Source of the DNA: the human T2T-CHM13v2.0 reference genome, Homo sapiens
NCBI RefSeq assembly: GCF_009914755.1
Contig: NC_060926.1
Strand: one strand, 5' to 3'
DNA: 64,000 nucleotides
The notes under the pieces are model-generated. The model was not told the origin of the DNA and did not search any database. It worked only from the letters and a program-made list of their open reading frames with translations. Below are positions 13,068 through 25,904 of the stretch, one piece after another; positions within the stretch are counted from its first letter, which is position 1, and each line of letters begins with the position of its first letter. Both the position numbers and the translations under genes were made by a program.

Positions 13068-14151
13068 TAGATTGCCCATTTTGCAAAGACCTCCTTAACT
13101 ACACCATGAAAATCCACAAGGGTAGGCTCCTGGATGCTATGTTTGTACAATATGATTCTAACACAGTTTACTGAACCAGAAGTGGCTCCTGTCTGAGGTT
13201 CGTTCCATCAGGGTCCTTTACCTAAGAACTTGAGAGCAGATCAGGGTGAGAATGAGAGAGAGGACAGGGTGCTATGTGTACGGCTGAAAGTGTAATATCT
13301 CTGCCCACCATGTGGGATCAGGAGCAGGGAAAGCTGGCTTACTAGGAAAGAAGCATAAAGCAGATTTATGGAGAGAAGGAGAGAGATGGGATGGAGAAAG
13401 AGTTAGTCCTGGGCTCCCAACAGCCTTGCAGTCCCTGGCTCCAAACTCTTCATGAGGTCTGGTTTCCATGATCAAACTTCTGGGTTACTACAGATTAGTC
13501 TCATTTTGCAGAAGCTAGCTTGAGATGGATTCTCTTACAGCTTAAAGAACTTGAAGTAATGTCATTATGGTGGAACAAGACTCAGATCTTGACAACCTGG
13601 CCAGTGTCCTCAGTCTCTTCCAGCCTTGGGAATCTAAGGTTCTATTAGCCATCTAGAGGAGAGGCCATGTCCCCTTGAGAGGCAGTGTCTGGGGAGCCTG
13701 GGACTAAACATCCACAGCACAGACCACAGGCATGGCATGTCAACTTGCACACATCGCACTTGCTTCTCTCCTCTTTAGGAAGATAACTTGAATCTATCAC
13801 GCCACTCTGTTGTGAAAAATAATGAATAGCACCGTTAACAAATGACAAGTGCTACATTTCTTATTATTATCTATCATGTATACATCACTTTATTTCTGTA
13901 GCATCCAGCAGGTGTTGAATGCAAATGGACTGAAAGCACTTTTGCAGACTTGCAATCTCCTATTAAGAAAAACATTTGTGAGCATGGAACAGTGGAGCCG
14001 TCAGGCTCTTCCAAGTCCTACACTGAAGTACCCCAAGCAGGACCTGAGAGGTCCTTCTCAATCATGCTGATTCACTGGAAAGCCATTAAATCCAAGTGAT
14101 TCACATTTACTTTAGTGCAATAAGATCTACCCTAGCTCCAAGCTTTGACCC

Positions 14152-14611
14152 TGTCAGGCCTCTGACCCCAAGCTAAGCCATCACATGCCCTGCGACCTGC
14201 ACGTATACATCCAGATGGCCTGAAGCAACTGAAGATCCACAAAAGAAGTGAAAATAGCCTTAACTGATGACATTCCACCATTGTGATTTGTTTCTGCCCC
14301 ACCCTAACAGATCAATGTACTTTGTAATCTCCCCAACCCTTAAGAAGGTTCTTTGTAATCTCCCCCATCCTTAAGAAGGTTCTTTGTAATTCTCCCCACC
14401 CTTGAGAATGTACTTTGTGAGATCCATCCCCTGCCCACAAAACATTGTTCCTAACTCCACTGCCTATCCCAAAACCTATAAGAACTAATGATAATCCCAC
14501 CCTTTGCTGACTCTCTTTTTGGACTTAGTCCACCAGCACCCAGGTGATTAAAAAGCTTTATTGCTCACGCAAAGCCTGTTTGGTGGTCTCTTCACTTGGA
14601 CATGCATGACA
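14152..14611 (+). mobile_element. HERV-H solo LTR (LTR7 family, type II/LTR7B-like)
   Basis: TGTCAGGCCTCTGA...CATGACA termini; perfect 5-bp TSD gaccc (14147-14151, 14612-14616); internal ~31-bp tandem repeats; cctataag TATA-like box; attaaa polyA signal. Confidence 0.93.
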
Positions 14612-15986
14612 GACCCGATGCCATTTGGAGGCCATAACTGTTTGTGTGATCAGAGAACCACAGGAAACAGACATGGGCAATATGTGGCCAGAGGCTCTTG
14701 ATCACTCTTTTTGCTCCAGCAATAGGATAGCCTTGGGCCTCCTTTGATCCAGTTTATTCCACATGCCAGACTTCACCACTAGCCAAGTGTTGCTCAGCTT
14801 CTTCTCTCCTCTCCCCATTTTGCACATAGAGAATGGAAATACACTATTAAGTAATTTCCCAAAGAACATGAGGCTGGTCTTGAGATTGGAAGGCATAGGC
14901 TGTTTCTGGCCCATACAGACACTCACTGTAAGGTGAATACCAGATGAGGGGCAGGGAATAGAGTAGGAGAAACTGAGCTCTGGACCCATTGCTGCCCCAA
15001 TGATATTGGGATCCAGGCAAGTCATCTCCCTTCCCTGGCCACAGTAACTCCTCTATCCAATGAACAGATTGGACCAGGAGCCAGGTCACAGCCACAAGAT
15101 AGGAATATCAAGATCAAAATCAGGAAGAGGCTAGGAGTTGACACCCAAGAATAACCACAAAAATGTCAAGTCTGGAGTGAAGTCAATGAACATATTCTAG
15201 CTGAGCACTAAGAGTACCAGTGATGAGCTGAGTTAAAGAGGTACCAGAAGCAGAGTCAAGTCATGGAAACAACAGTGGGAGTGGAAAAAGTAAAACAGGG
15301 GGCAACAACCCAGAGAAGACAACACAGAGGTGAATTAATCTTGATAGAGATTTGTTGTTGGATATCTTAATGTCACTAACACAAAGACAACATGGGGTGA
15401 CCAGCAGGATCCCACCCAGCCCTCATAGTCTACAAATTTCAACCTTGCTCCAGTTGTGCTACCAAATGTGCATCAGCCCTGACAAAGGAGCAATTGCAAG
15501 CTAAGTATCTGACATAGCGTGGGTTCTGTATTAAGCCACTTTTTTCCCACTCAGTAATAACTGGACACACAAGAAATCATCCCCCAAAGGGTCATATGCC
15601 AGTCTCCATCTCCATTTAATAAGAGCAATCCCTGTCTTGACTTTCTACTTTTTACTTGCCCCTAAGATGTTCTTGGGTCCTAAAAAAAAGTCACTTCCTA
15701 CTCATCAGGACACTAGATCACTGAAAAAGAAATTTTGAAGCTTTTGACCCTCCATGAGGGTAGTGCAGGCTGGCTACAGAGAGAAGAAAATTTATTTCCA
15801 AGGCCAGCTATTTGATGTCCTAATCTTTCCCAGGCTATTCCCATAGAATGGTTATTGAATATATTATATTCAACAAATCAACTACTTTCCCTATAAAAAG
15901 TTCTCGTAGTAGCTGTAAGACATATGACAAGAAAAGTCTCTCTGTGTGCCTAGTTTTCTCATTTGTAAAATCTGAGAAATGGTACC

Positions 15987-16501
15987 TATATTAGTTTTCC
16001 ATCACTACTATAGCAAATCACCTCAAACTTGGTAGCTTAAAGCAAGACATATTTATTATCCTGCCTAGATTAGGCCCATATCCAATATGGGCCTCCCTGA
16101 GCTAAAATCAAGGTGTCAGCAAGGGTGCGTTCCTTCTAGAGGCTCTTAGGAGAGATTCTGTTTCCTTCTCTTTTCCACCTTCTAGGTTCACCCATATTCC
16201 TTGGCTCATGGCCTCTTTTCTTCATCTCCATCTTCAAAGCCAGCAACAATGGATCGAGTCACTCTAACATGGAATCACTCTGACTTCCTCTTCTGCCTCC
16301 TCCTTCCACTTTTAAGGACTCTTGTGATTACATCAGACTCACCTGGGTAGTCCAAGATACTCTCCTTATTTTAAGATCAGCTAACTAGCAACTTAATTTC
16401 ACCTGCAACCTTAACTTCCTCTTGTCATGTAACCTACCATATTCAGTTTCTGAGAATTAGGATGTGCACAACTTTGGGGGCACATTATTCTGCCTATTAC
16501 A
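15987..16501 (-). mobile_element. MLT1C-like MaLR LTR
   Basis: tatattagttttcc...ggtagcttaaagcaa...ggggcacattattctgcctattaca. Confidence 0.75.
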
Positions 16502-18776
16502 GTATATGTCTTCTCACAGTGGCTAGGAAAAATTTTCCCCTACTAGCTAAGCATATGGCCCTGGCTAAGTCTCTTGTCACTTCAGTTTCCTCCTATGAAG
16601 TTGAGGGCTTTAATCTAAGACAGTCTTTAAGATGTATAAGTTTATGAGGATAAAACAGAGTCATTAAAAGATGAGCCTCTGTCTTGTGCATTACAGTCTT
16701 CAAAGCACTTGTCCATGCCTTGTCTCATTTGATCCCTGCACCAATCCTGAGAAATATATAGGGAAGATGCTACCATTATCTTTGCTTTGTAGAAGTGTAA
16801 CCTGACAATAAGAAGGTAAATCATGTGTCCACGACCACACAATTAAAACATCACAGTCCTGGTTTAATATTGGAGTCTTCTGATAATACATGCCCTAAAT
16901 GAAAACCTTTTCTGAATACCTTGGAAATGTATATATGAGGAAGATGGTAACCACCAACACACTACCACCAGCACCACCACCACCATCCAACCACATCACA
17001 ACTCATCTAAGTGAAGAGGCACAGCAATGGCAGATGATCCCTGAAGATAACTCAGGAATCCAGGTCCCCACTTTACTTTGGATTCCCATCCTCTAATCGC
17101 GTCCCATTAAAAGTGCCTTCCTACAACCATATTCTTCCTTCCTTGCTTTGAGACCACACATGATTAGCATAGTGCTGGTTCTAAATCAAAGAAAAACAGT
17201 CATGAGCCTCTAGCTGGGGAAGAGGGAGAGGGTCTCTGTATAGTAGCCAGTGGTCTCAAGGCAATCCTGCTTATGTGAGATAGGATAACTAGATACAGTG
17301 ATGGAATCTTCTTCCCATCCTCCTGAGTTCAGTTCAGTATAAAGGAAAATACAAAAATGGTGAAGACATTTTCTAGGAAACAAGGAAGGAGAAAAGAGCT
17401 AAAGGAGATTACTTGAAAGTCTTTGAGGCACAGTGGACATTTGTTATCTTTTGGTTCCTAGCATCCATTGCTACATTTCATTGCCTTTTGGGGAATAATC
17501 CCTCTCCCCACTCTCAGACCATGTGCTTGCTCCATCCTGCACTCTCCACTCCAAGGGCAGAGAATTAACTCTTTCCACAAGTATTTATTGAGCACCTAAG
17601 ATGTGCTCTAGGCATGTGAGATATGAAGGCAAGGCAGACAAGGCCCCTGCAGTCATCGAGCACCCAAATAAACAAACAAGCAAAAAAAAAAAAAATTGAA
17701 TGAAATACTTTTGAGAGTGTTATGGCCTATAAGAAAATAAAATAGGGTTTTTGTTACAGAGAAGGACCAGGGTATTATTATCTGGACTTTTCAGTTATGT
17801 TCACTAATTCTTATTTCGTTTAAGCCTATTTGGGTCACACTTCCTGTTGTTCACACCCAGCAGGCTTCCTGTATTGGATTCCTAACACAGGTGGCCCTCA
17901 CTCCCCTGATGCTGAAGATCCCTGTCCTGTTTGTAGAGCAAGACTGTACTGACTGGCCAAGACTTTTGTGTCATGGGAAATGAACAGATGGGAAAGAACC
18001 CAGAACTGGCACTCAGAACCTCAGCTTCTAGTTCAAGCTCAGCACTAACTAGCTGAGTACCTTCTACCCAGGCTGGAGTATTTACTAACTGCTGAAATGG
18101 GGATGTTTGCCTAGTTAATTTCCATGATCTGTTCCACCTCCACCATTTTGTGCCCTATGCTCTACTTGATCAGAACTTCTCAAATTTACATTATAATTGG
18201 GAACTGAGTAATCTCAAGCTGGCCTCAATCACATTCTACGTCTCTATTAAAAAGCTGCAAAACAAGCATTTAACACTTGATCCAGATCCATACATATTAT
18301 CAGGGGAGATCCAAACTGCATACTCAGCAAATGTACTGCATTCTGCAAACAAACACTCCAGTGCCTAATAAAGGTTAGTGATTCAAGATAATGCTGATTT
18401 TACCTGCAAAACTCACTGTGGGCTCTAAGGAGTTCTGCCTCTATCCTTCATGGCTTATTAGCGGGGGAAAGCCTTTGGGCAATTTCACTGGGTTGGCATA
18501 GAAGCATTTATATACTTTTCTGTATGTGGAGGACAAGAGGATGTGCATCATCTTCTGACATGAATACCTCAGTGACTATGTCAGAATCCTATTAATATAA
18601 TAATCCCTTTAAAAAATACATTTATGTGGTTCAAAATTAAAAAGGCATGCAATGAAACATTTCCCTTCTACCCTTGCCCATCCCCAGTTCATGTCACAAC
18701 CCTTAAGGGAAACCATTGTTAGTCTGTTGTATTATCTTTCCAGAATTTCTTATACAAATAGATGTAAGTATAAATG

Positions 18777-19210
18777 CGGTTGACCCTTGAGCAGTGTGGG
18801 GGTTAGGGGAATCAATCTCCTGCTCAGTTGAAAATCTGCACATAACTTTTGACAAAACTTAACTACCGATAGCCTATTGTTCACCAGAAGACTTACCAAT
18901 AACATAAACAGCCCATTAGCACATATTTTGTAATCATGTGTATGTGTTATATGTATTATATACTGTAGTCTTACAACTAGTAAGCTAGAGAAGAGAAAAT
19001 GCTACTAAGAAAATCACAAGGAAGATAAAATATATTTACTATTCAGTAAGCGGAAGAGGATCATCATCAAGATCTTCATCCTCATCGTCACATACAGTAG
19101 GCTGAGGAGGAGGAGGAAGAGGAGGGGTTGGTCTTGCTGTGTCAGGGGTGGCAGAGGCACAAGAAAATCTGTATATAAGTGAATCTGCATAGTTCAAACC
19201 CATGTTGTTC
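18777..19210. mobile_element. Tigger2a
   Basis: cggttgacccttgagcag...agtaggctgaggaggaggaggaagaggagggg...gttcaaacccatgttgttc. Confidence 0.85.
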
Positions 19211-20310
19211 TGAATTTATTCTAATTCTACAATGCCTCCACTTTTTATATATAAGTTAGTATAGAATACACACTATTGTGCAGCTTGCCCTTTTTTCTTC
19301 ATTTTGCAATCTGATAGATAAAATATGCTATTCCTATATAGCTTTGAGTTTTGATGAGGTAATGTTAAGTACATCTTTTAACAAATTTAGGTCTATTCAT
19401 ATTTCTTTTTCTGTGCATTGCCCGTTTATATCCTTTGCCTATTATTTTCTATTGGATTGAAATTCATTTTTATTGACCCTTTGGAACTCTTTATTTAAGT
19501 TGATTAGGCCTTTGTCATGTGTCTTTTCAGTTTACTTATGTAGATTCTTTTTGCTACTTAGAAGATTTTTTTCCTTCAATTTTTATTTACTCAGTTATAT
19601 CAGATTTTTATTTTATGGTTTCAAGATTTAAGTCTTGGTTAGAAAGGCACCCTGTGTGTTTCCTTCTGGTACTTTCATAGTCTTGCTTTTACCTTTACAT
19701 TTCGTTTTCATTTGGAATCTTATCTTGGTGTATACATGGTGTGAGGTATGGATACAATTTTATTTTCACCCACAGGGCTACCAGATATCCCAGTGGAACA
19801 TATTTAATCTTTTCCTTCAATGATTTAAGATGCTACCTTTGTCAAATACTAAATGATCATATGCATTTGGATCTATTTCTGGACTAACCACTTGGTTCCT
19901 TTTAACTATGTGTGCATGTCTCTGTAGCACACAGTTTCAATAAATGACACACTATAATAAATTCAATATCTAGTAGCGCCAGTCACCTCATATGGGTTTT
20001 TTCAGAATTTTTCTATTTTTATTTACCTTTTTATTTGAACTTTAAAACAAACTTAACTAGTTTTAGAAAATTATCTATTGATACTTTTATTTAGATTGTG
20101 TTTGATTTATAAATTAACTTAAATAGAATGATGTCTATTGTTTTTCCATCCATGAGCAATCTTTCCATTTGCTTCAGGATCCTTTTATATACTTTAGTAG
20201 TGTTTTTAAATCTTCATATAGACCCTGGATATTTTTTGTTTAAATTTATTATTAGTTCTTTTACATTTCTTGTTGTTATTGTAAGTGATGGCTCTTCCTC
20301 TAAAAATATA

Positions 20311-20513
20311 CGGTAAGTCCTCACTTAACATCATTGATAGGTGGTTGGAAACTGTGACTTTAAGCACAATGATGTACAATAAGTCCTTGAATACCATTTC
20401 CTTCAACATCTTTTTGTTATAACTTTGATGAGAAAAAAACCAGTTTTGTTACATGTCATTTTGCTTAAAGTTGCAGTTTCCAAGAACCTATCCTCAATGT
20501 TGAGGACTTACTG
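20311..20513. mobile_element. TcMar-Tigger MITE (MER82-like)
   Basis: TIRs cggtaagtcctca.../...tgaggacttactg flanked by TA on both sides. Confidence 0.75.
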
Positions 20514-20885
20514 TATTCTGTTTGGTGTTTGTATATGTGAAAAGTATTAATTTATGTTTACTAATTATTGCACATTGTTAGTTTATGGAATTCTTTTATT
20601 GTTTGAAACAGTTTTTCAGTTAATTATCTTTTGTTTTCTAGCCATGCAATCACAGCATCTTCATACAGCAACAACTGCCTCTTCCCTCTCTTTTTTACTG
20701 TTTTTGCTTGTCTAATTGCATTGGTAAGTATCACCTGTGCAATGAGGAGTAACAGTACTAATAGCATAGATCCTTGTTCTTTAGTGATAATTCCTTTAGT
20801 GTTTCCTCAATAAGCATAATGCTGGCTTATAGCCTGAGATGGATGTGTTTTAGCCTGTTAAAAAAAAAAAAATACCTGAACTATA

Positions 20886-21246
20886 CAGATGCTCCTAGAC
20901 TTATGGTAGAGTTACGTCCTGATAAACCCATAAGTTGAAAATATCATAAGCCAAAAATGCATTTAATCCACCTCACCTACTGAACATCATAACTTAGCCA
21001 AGACTACCTTAAGTGAGCTCAGGACACTTACATTAGCGTATGATTAGGCAAAATCATCTAACACAAACCCTATTTTATAATGGAGTGTTAAATATCTCCG
21101 ATAATTTATTCACTACTGTACTGAAAGTGAAAAACAGAGTGGTTGCATGGGTACTCAAAGTATGGTTTCTATTGAAGGCATATTCTTTTTTTACCATAAT
21201 AAAATCAAAAGATTGTATCAAAGCATCATGAGTCAGGGACCACCAG
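20886..21246. mobile_element. MER47A-like Tigger element
   Basis: cagatgctcctagacttatgg...gataaaccc...gtcagggacca. Confidence 0.8.
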
Positions 21247-21898
21247 AATAACCTTAGCCAGTCAAGCTTTCTTGAGTGTATTTTTTAATTTTAAAATGAT
21301 CATTGAAGTTTCTCAAAGCTCTTTTCAGTATCTATGAAGATAATATCTTTTTTCTCTTAATGTTCACTAATATAAAACCATATATGCATTCCAAGAATAA
21401 AACCCTCTTGATTATGATGGATTAGTCTTCAAATATACTGCTGAAATTATTTTGCTACTTTTTAAATGATCTTTGAATTGATATTCATAAGTGGGATTAG
21501 TCTTTGGATTTCCATGTGTGCCTACTTTGTCAGGTTTTGGTAAAAGTTATGCTTGTTTCTCTTCTTTTTCTATGCTCTAGAACAGAGTTCTATGCTCTGG
21601 ACTAGTGCATTTTTCTTTGAAGAATGTATACCTATTTAAATTTTTTAAAAAAATTTCTGCCTTAGAAATTTTGGATTCCTTTCTGGGCCCATTTGGGTAA
21701 TTTTTATTTTCTTGAAAAAAATCCACTTTTCAAACCTATTTGCATAGAGCTGAACAAAGTAGTCTCCTGATTCCTTTAGTTTCCTGTTTATGCCACTGTT
21801 CTCCACATATCATTCCTTATTGTATGCATCTGCACTTGCTCCCACATTTTCTTGATTAGATTAACTAGTAGTTTATTTTATTGTTGTTTTTTTCCCCA

Positions 21899-22274
21899 TG
21901 ATATGGTTTGGCTGTGTTCCCACCCAAATTTCATCTTGAATTTTAGTTCCCATAATCCCCACACATTGTGGGAGGGACCAAGTGGAGATAATTGAGTCAT
22001 AGTGGTGGTTTCCCCCATGCTGCTGTTCTTGTGACAGTGAATTAGTTCTCATGAGAGCCGATGGTTTTATAAGGGGCTTCCCCATTCGCTGGGCACTCAT
22101 ACTTCTCCTTGCTGCTTCATGTGAAGAAGGACATGTTTGCTTCCCCTTCCCCCAAGATTGTAAGTTTCCTGAGGCCTTCCCAGCCATGCTGAACTGTGAG
22201 TCAATTAAACCTCTTTCCTTTATAAATTAGTCTTGAGTATGTCTTTACTAGCAGCATGAAAATGGACTAATACA
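21899..22274 (+). mobile_element. THE1D-like solo LTR
   Basis: tgatatggtttggctgtg...aaaatggactaataca termini. Confidence 0.9.
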
Positions 22275-25200
22275 CCCCCAAACCAGCTTTGAAATTTATT
22301 TTAACTGCTTTGTTTTCTAACTCATTAATCTCTTTTATTTATTTTTTTCTGCTTTCCTTCTGCAATATTTCATTTTATTCTGATATAGCTTCTTGACTTA
22401 GATGATTAATTCATGTTTGATCATTCTTTTGTGTATATATTTAAGCCATCAGTTTTCCTCTGAGTACTGCTTTAGCTATATAACATTTGTTCTGCTATTG
22501 AGTGATTTCATTAATTGTTTTCCAGAAAATCTGCAATTTCAGTTTTTCTTTTCCTCTTTCAGCCATGCATTGAGTATTTTTTGTTTTGTTTGGATTTTAC
22601 TTTCAGTTAAATGGGCTTTTGGTTTTATGATTTAGTATTAATTTCCAGTTTAATTGCACTGTAATCAGAGAATATTGTATTTTTTCTACCTTTTGGGATT
22701 TATTGAGGTTATCTATGTTCCCTAATAGATGGTCAATATTTGTGAATGTTTCATAGACCCTTGAAAGATATATTTTCTTCATTTAATCTACAGGGTTTGC
22801 TATTTATCAACCAGATCTACTTTATTACCTATGTTAATTAGAGCTTCCATATTGATTTTTATTCTTTGTCTAGGTATCTGGAGACTGAGACATGTAAATT
22901 AAAGTGATCCGTTACCAGCGTGTTTTCGTCTATTTTCTCCTTGCATCTCCTAAAATTTCTGTGTTTTCAATACTGCTGTTTTTTTCATTGTGATATGTAC
23001 CTTTTATACATAGTTCCTTTATCTTATTTAATGCATTTTAATCTGAATTCCACTTTGTCTAATGCAAGTTCATAACTACTACTTTTTATATCTCTATTTT
23101 AAATTAACATTTTAAAGCATTCGGCTGGTGTTCCTTCACTCATCCTTTTATTTTCAACCTTCCTGTATCACTTTCCTTTAGGGGCATCTCTATAAACAAC
23201 TTAGAATTGGGTTGTGGTGTGCGATCCTTTCTGAAACTCTTCTTAAAAAGTAAGTTAAATTCATTTATATTTAGATATGACAAATAGGCTTATTCCTAGA
23301 TCTCATTTTATATTATGTCTTCTGGGTTTCTTGGCATTATTTTCGTCTTTCTGTGATTGTTCTTCCAGTGTGATTCTTCTGGGAAGGTTTGTGTTTTTAT
23401 TCTAGTGGTAACATTCGTAATTACAACATGATATAATAATCTTAACCTATGTCTCTAGACAAGACTTATTAACTCTACATTACAAGCAAAGATAAAGTTG
23501 GTGTATTCCCTTTCACTGTTCTTTCCACAGAAGCATAGAAAAGGCATGATTGGGGTGGAGAGAGAAAGAGACGTACATCCTGACAGCCAGTTGTGAAAGT
23601 GCACAGAGATGTTAACACAATGGCAGCTGCGTATAGAGAAGAAGGAAACACACACACACACACACATTACATAGCCCCTAGGCACAATTTACTCTGGCAA
23701 TGCTACTGTCTCACTTCCACCAACTGATTTTAGTCAATAACATCCTCTTTCTAAGTGTCTACCATTTATTAAGTATAATTATGCTTATATTACTTCATTT
23801 GTCAGCTCTCAATTATACCTTTTTACTCCCTGCTATTATAGAATGAGGCATTCAGAGAACTTCCTTTTTCCCCCTTTGCCTTTCAATATTTGTTGGCTGT
23901 GTCATTTCTACATCACCAGGGCACAGAACACTTACATTCTCCTCTGTTCTTCTAATCCTCATACTTGTCTTACTTTTAGTTTTAGTTTAGTTTTACAGTT
24001 AAAAATATTCAATGCTCACCCTCCATCTTCACTTTGTTGACTGAAGTTCACCCTCTACTAATTTGTTCAGGAAGGGCTCATGGGAACAATATTCCCTGAG
24101 TTATTGCATGTCCAAAAATTGTCTTACAATTGTCTTTGTACTTAAAAGATGGCTAGAATGGATATAAATCGTTGGCTCACACTTTCTTTCTTTGCTTATC
24201 TTGTAGATGTTGTTTCGCTGTCTTCTGGGTATTTGGAAGTTGCTGCAGAAAAAACTGTGGCCAACCTGGTATTTTTCTCCTCATAAGTGACTTGATCTCT
24301 TTGCCTGGATTCCCAATGGAGTCTTTCTTTCTGTCTCTCTTTTTATTTATTGTTTACTTCACCATTCTTTATTAATTTTGAAGTCATTTCAAACCTAAAG
24401 AAAAGTTGTAAGAACAGTACAAATTCTTACACCTCCTCCACACAAATCCTCTAGATGGTGACATTTTATATTTTGCTATATTTTCCCCATTTTTGTAGAG
24501 ACAGAAGATAGAAACAGATATACATTTTTGTTCACATGTTCCCATCATCTCTAAATACTCCAGTGCATGCCTCCCAAAGACAAGGACCCTTCTCCTATAT
24601 AGTCACCATACAGCACTCCTTGTCAAAAAATCAACAATGATACAGCACAGACCCAGTCCACAGATCCTATGCGAATTTCTGAAATATCCCAACAATGTCT
24701 CTTTTTCACTTCCAGGTCCAGGATCCTATCTACCAACACATGTTGCATTTAGTTGTCATCTCTCATCAGTCTCATCCAGTCTGGAGGAATTCCTCAGTCT
24801 TTCTCTGTTTCTCAAATCTTTGAAAGTCTGAAACAGTACAGACCTTTCCTTCTGTAGAGCCTGTGTCCATCTGATGTTTCCTCACAACCAGATACAAGCC
24901 ATGCATTCTTGGCACAACAGAAATGATGCTGTGTTCTTCTCAGCCCATCACATCCAGGGGCACACTAGCTCAACCTGTCCACCACTAGTGATGTTAACCT
25001 TCATCATCTGGTCAAGTTGGTGTCTGCCAAATTTTGCCACTGAAATTTTACCATGTTTCCATGTTATTTGGTTACACTTTTGTGGGAAGCTTTACTAATA
25101 TTGTGCCAATATGCTATTTCTTATGAAACCTCCACCCACAGGACAGCACCCATCAGCAACTACCAATCTCTACCAATTACCACAGTTACGGTGACCAAGT

Positions 25201-25622
25201 GGTGAATATGTATCTCCATCATTCTCTCTACATTTATCAGTTGTCATTTTTCGGTAAGGAAGAGTCTCTTCTCTTGCACTTACTTATTTACTTGTCTATG
25301 TATCTATTCATTCACTTATTTATAACAGTATGGATTTACAGATTCCTATTTTATTCAATAGGTTGTAATCTAATACTCTGATTATTTGATATTTACTTTG
25401 ATGCTCATATTGTTCTCAATTGGTCAGTGGAAAGTCCTTCAAGCCAGCTCCTGTGTCCTTTTGACACATCCCCATCTTTTCTTGAGCATTTCCTGACTTT
25501 CTGGCAAGACAAGGTCTTTCAGGTTCATTTTATACTTTTTCTGCCCTATCCCTTAAGTTAGCCACTTCTCTGAGGCCCCCTGGTAACTTGCAGTGTAGGG
25601 CACTATTTAGAAACCAAGATCT

Positions 25623-25904
25623 CTGTAATCCCAGCACTTTGGGAGGCCAAGGCAGCCAGACCACTTGAGGTCAGGAGTTCGAGACCAGCCTGGCCAACAT
25701 GGTAAAACCCCATCTCTACTAAAAATACAAAAATTAGCCAGGTGTGGTGGCCCATGCCTGTAATCCCACCTATTTGGGAGGCTGAGGCAAAAGAATCGCT
25801 TGAACCTGGAGGCAGAGGTTACAGTGAGCCAAGATCATACCACTGTACTCCAGTCTGAGTGACAGAACAAGACCCTGTCTCAAAAAAAAAAGAAAAAGAA
25901 AAAA
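25623..25904 (+). mobile_element. AluS, slightly 5'-truncated
   Basis: Starts at ctgtaatcccagc; TSD agaaaccaagatct/agaaaccaaggtct (25609-25622, 25905-25918). Confidence 0.95.

Noticed and set aside
14320-14430. ~31-bp direct repeats superficially like a CRISPR array
   Set aside because: Tandem with no unique spacers, inside a HERV-H LTR in eukaryotic DNA.
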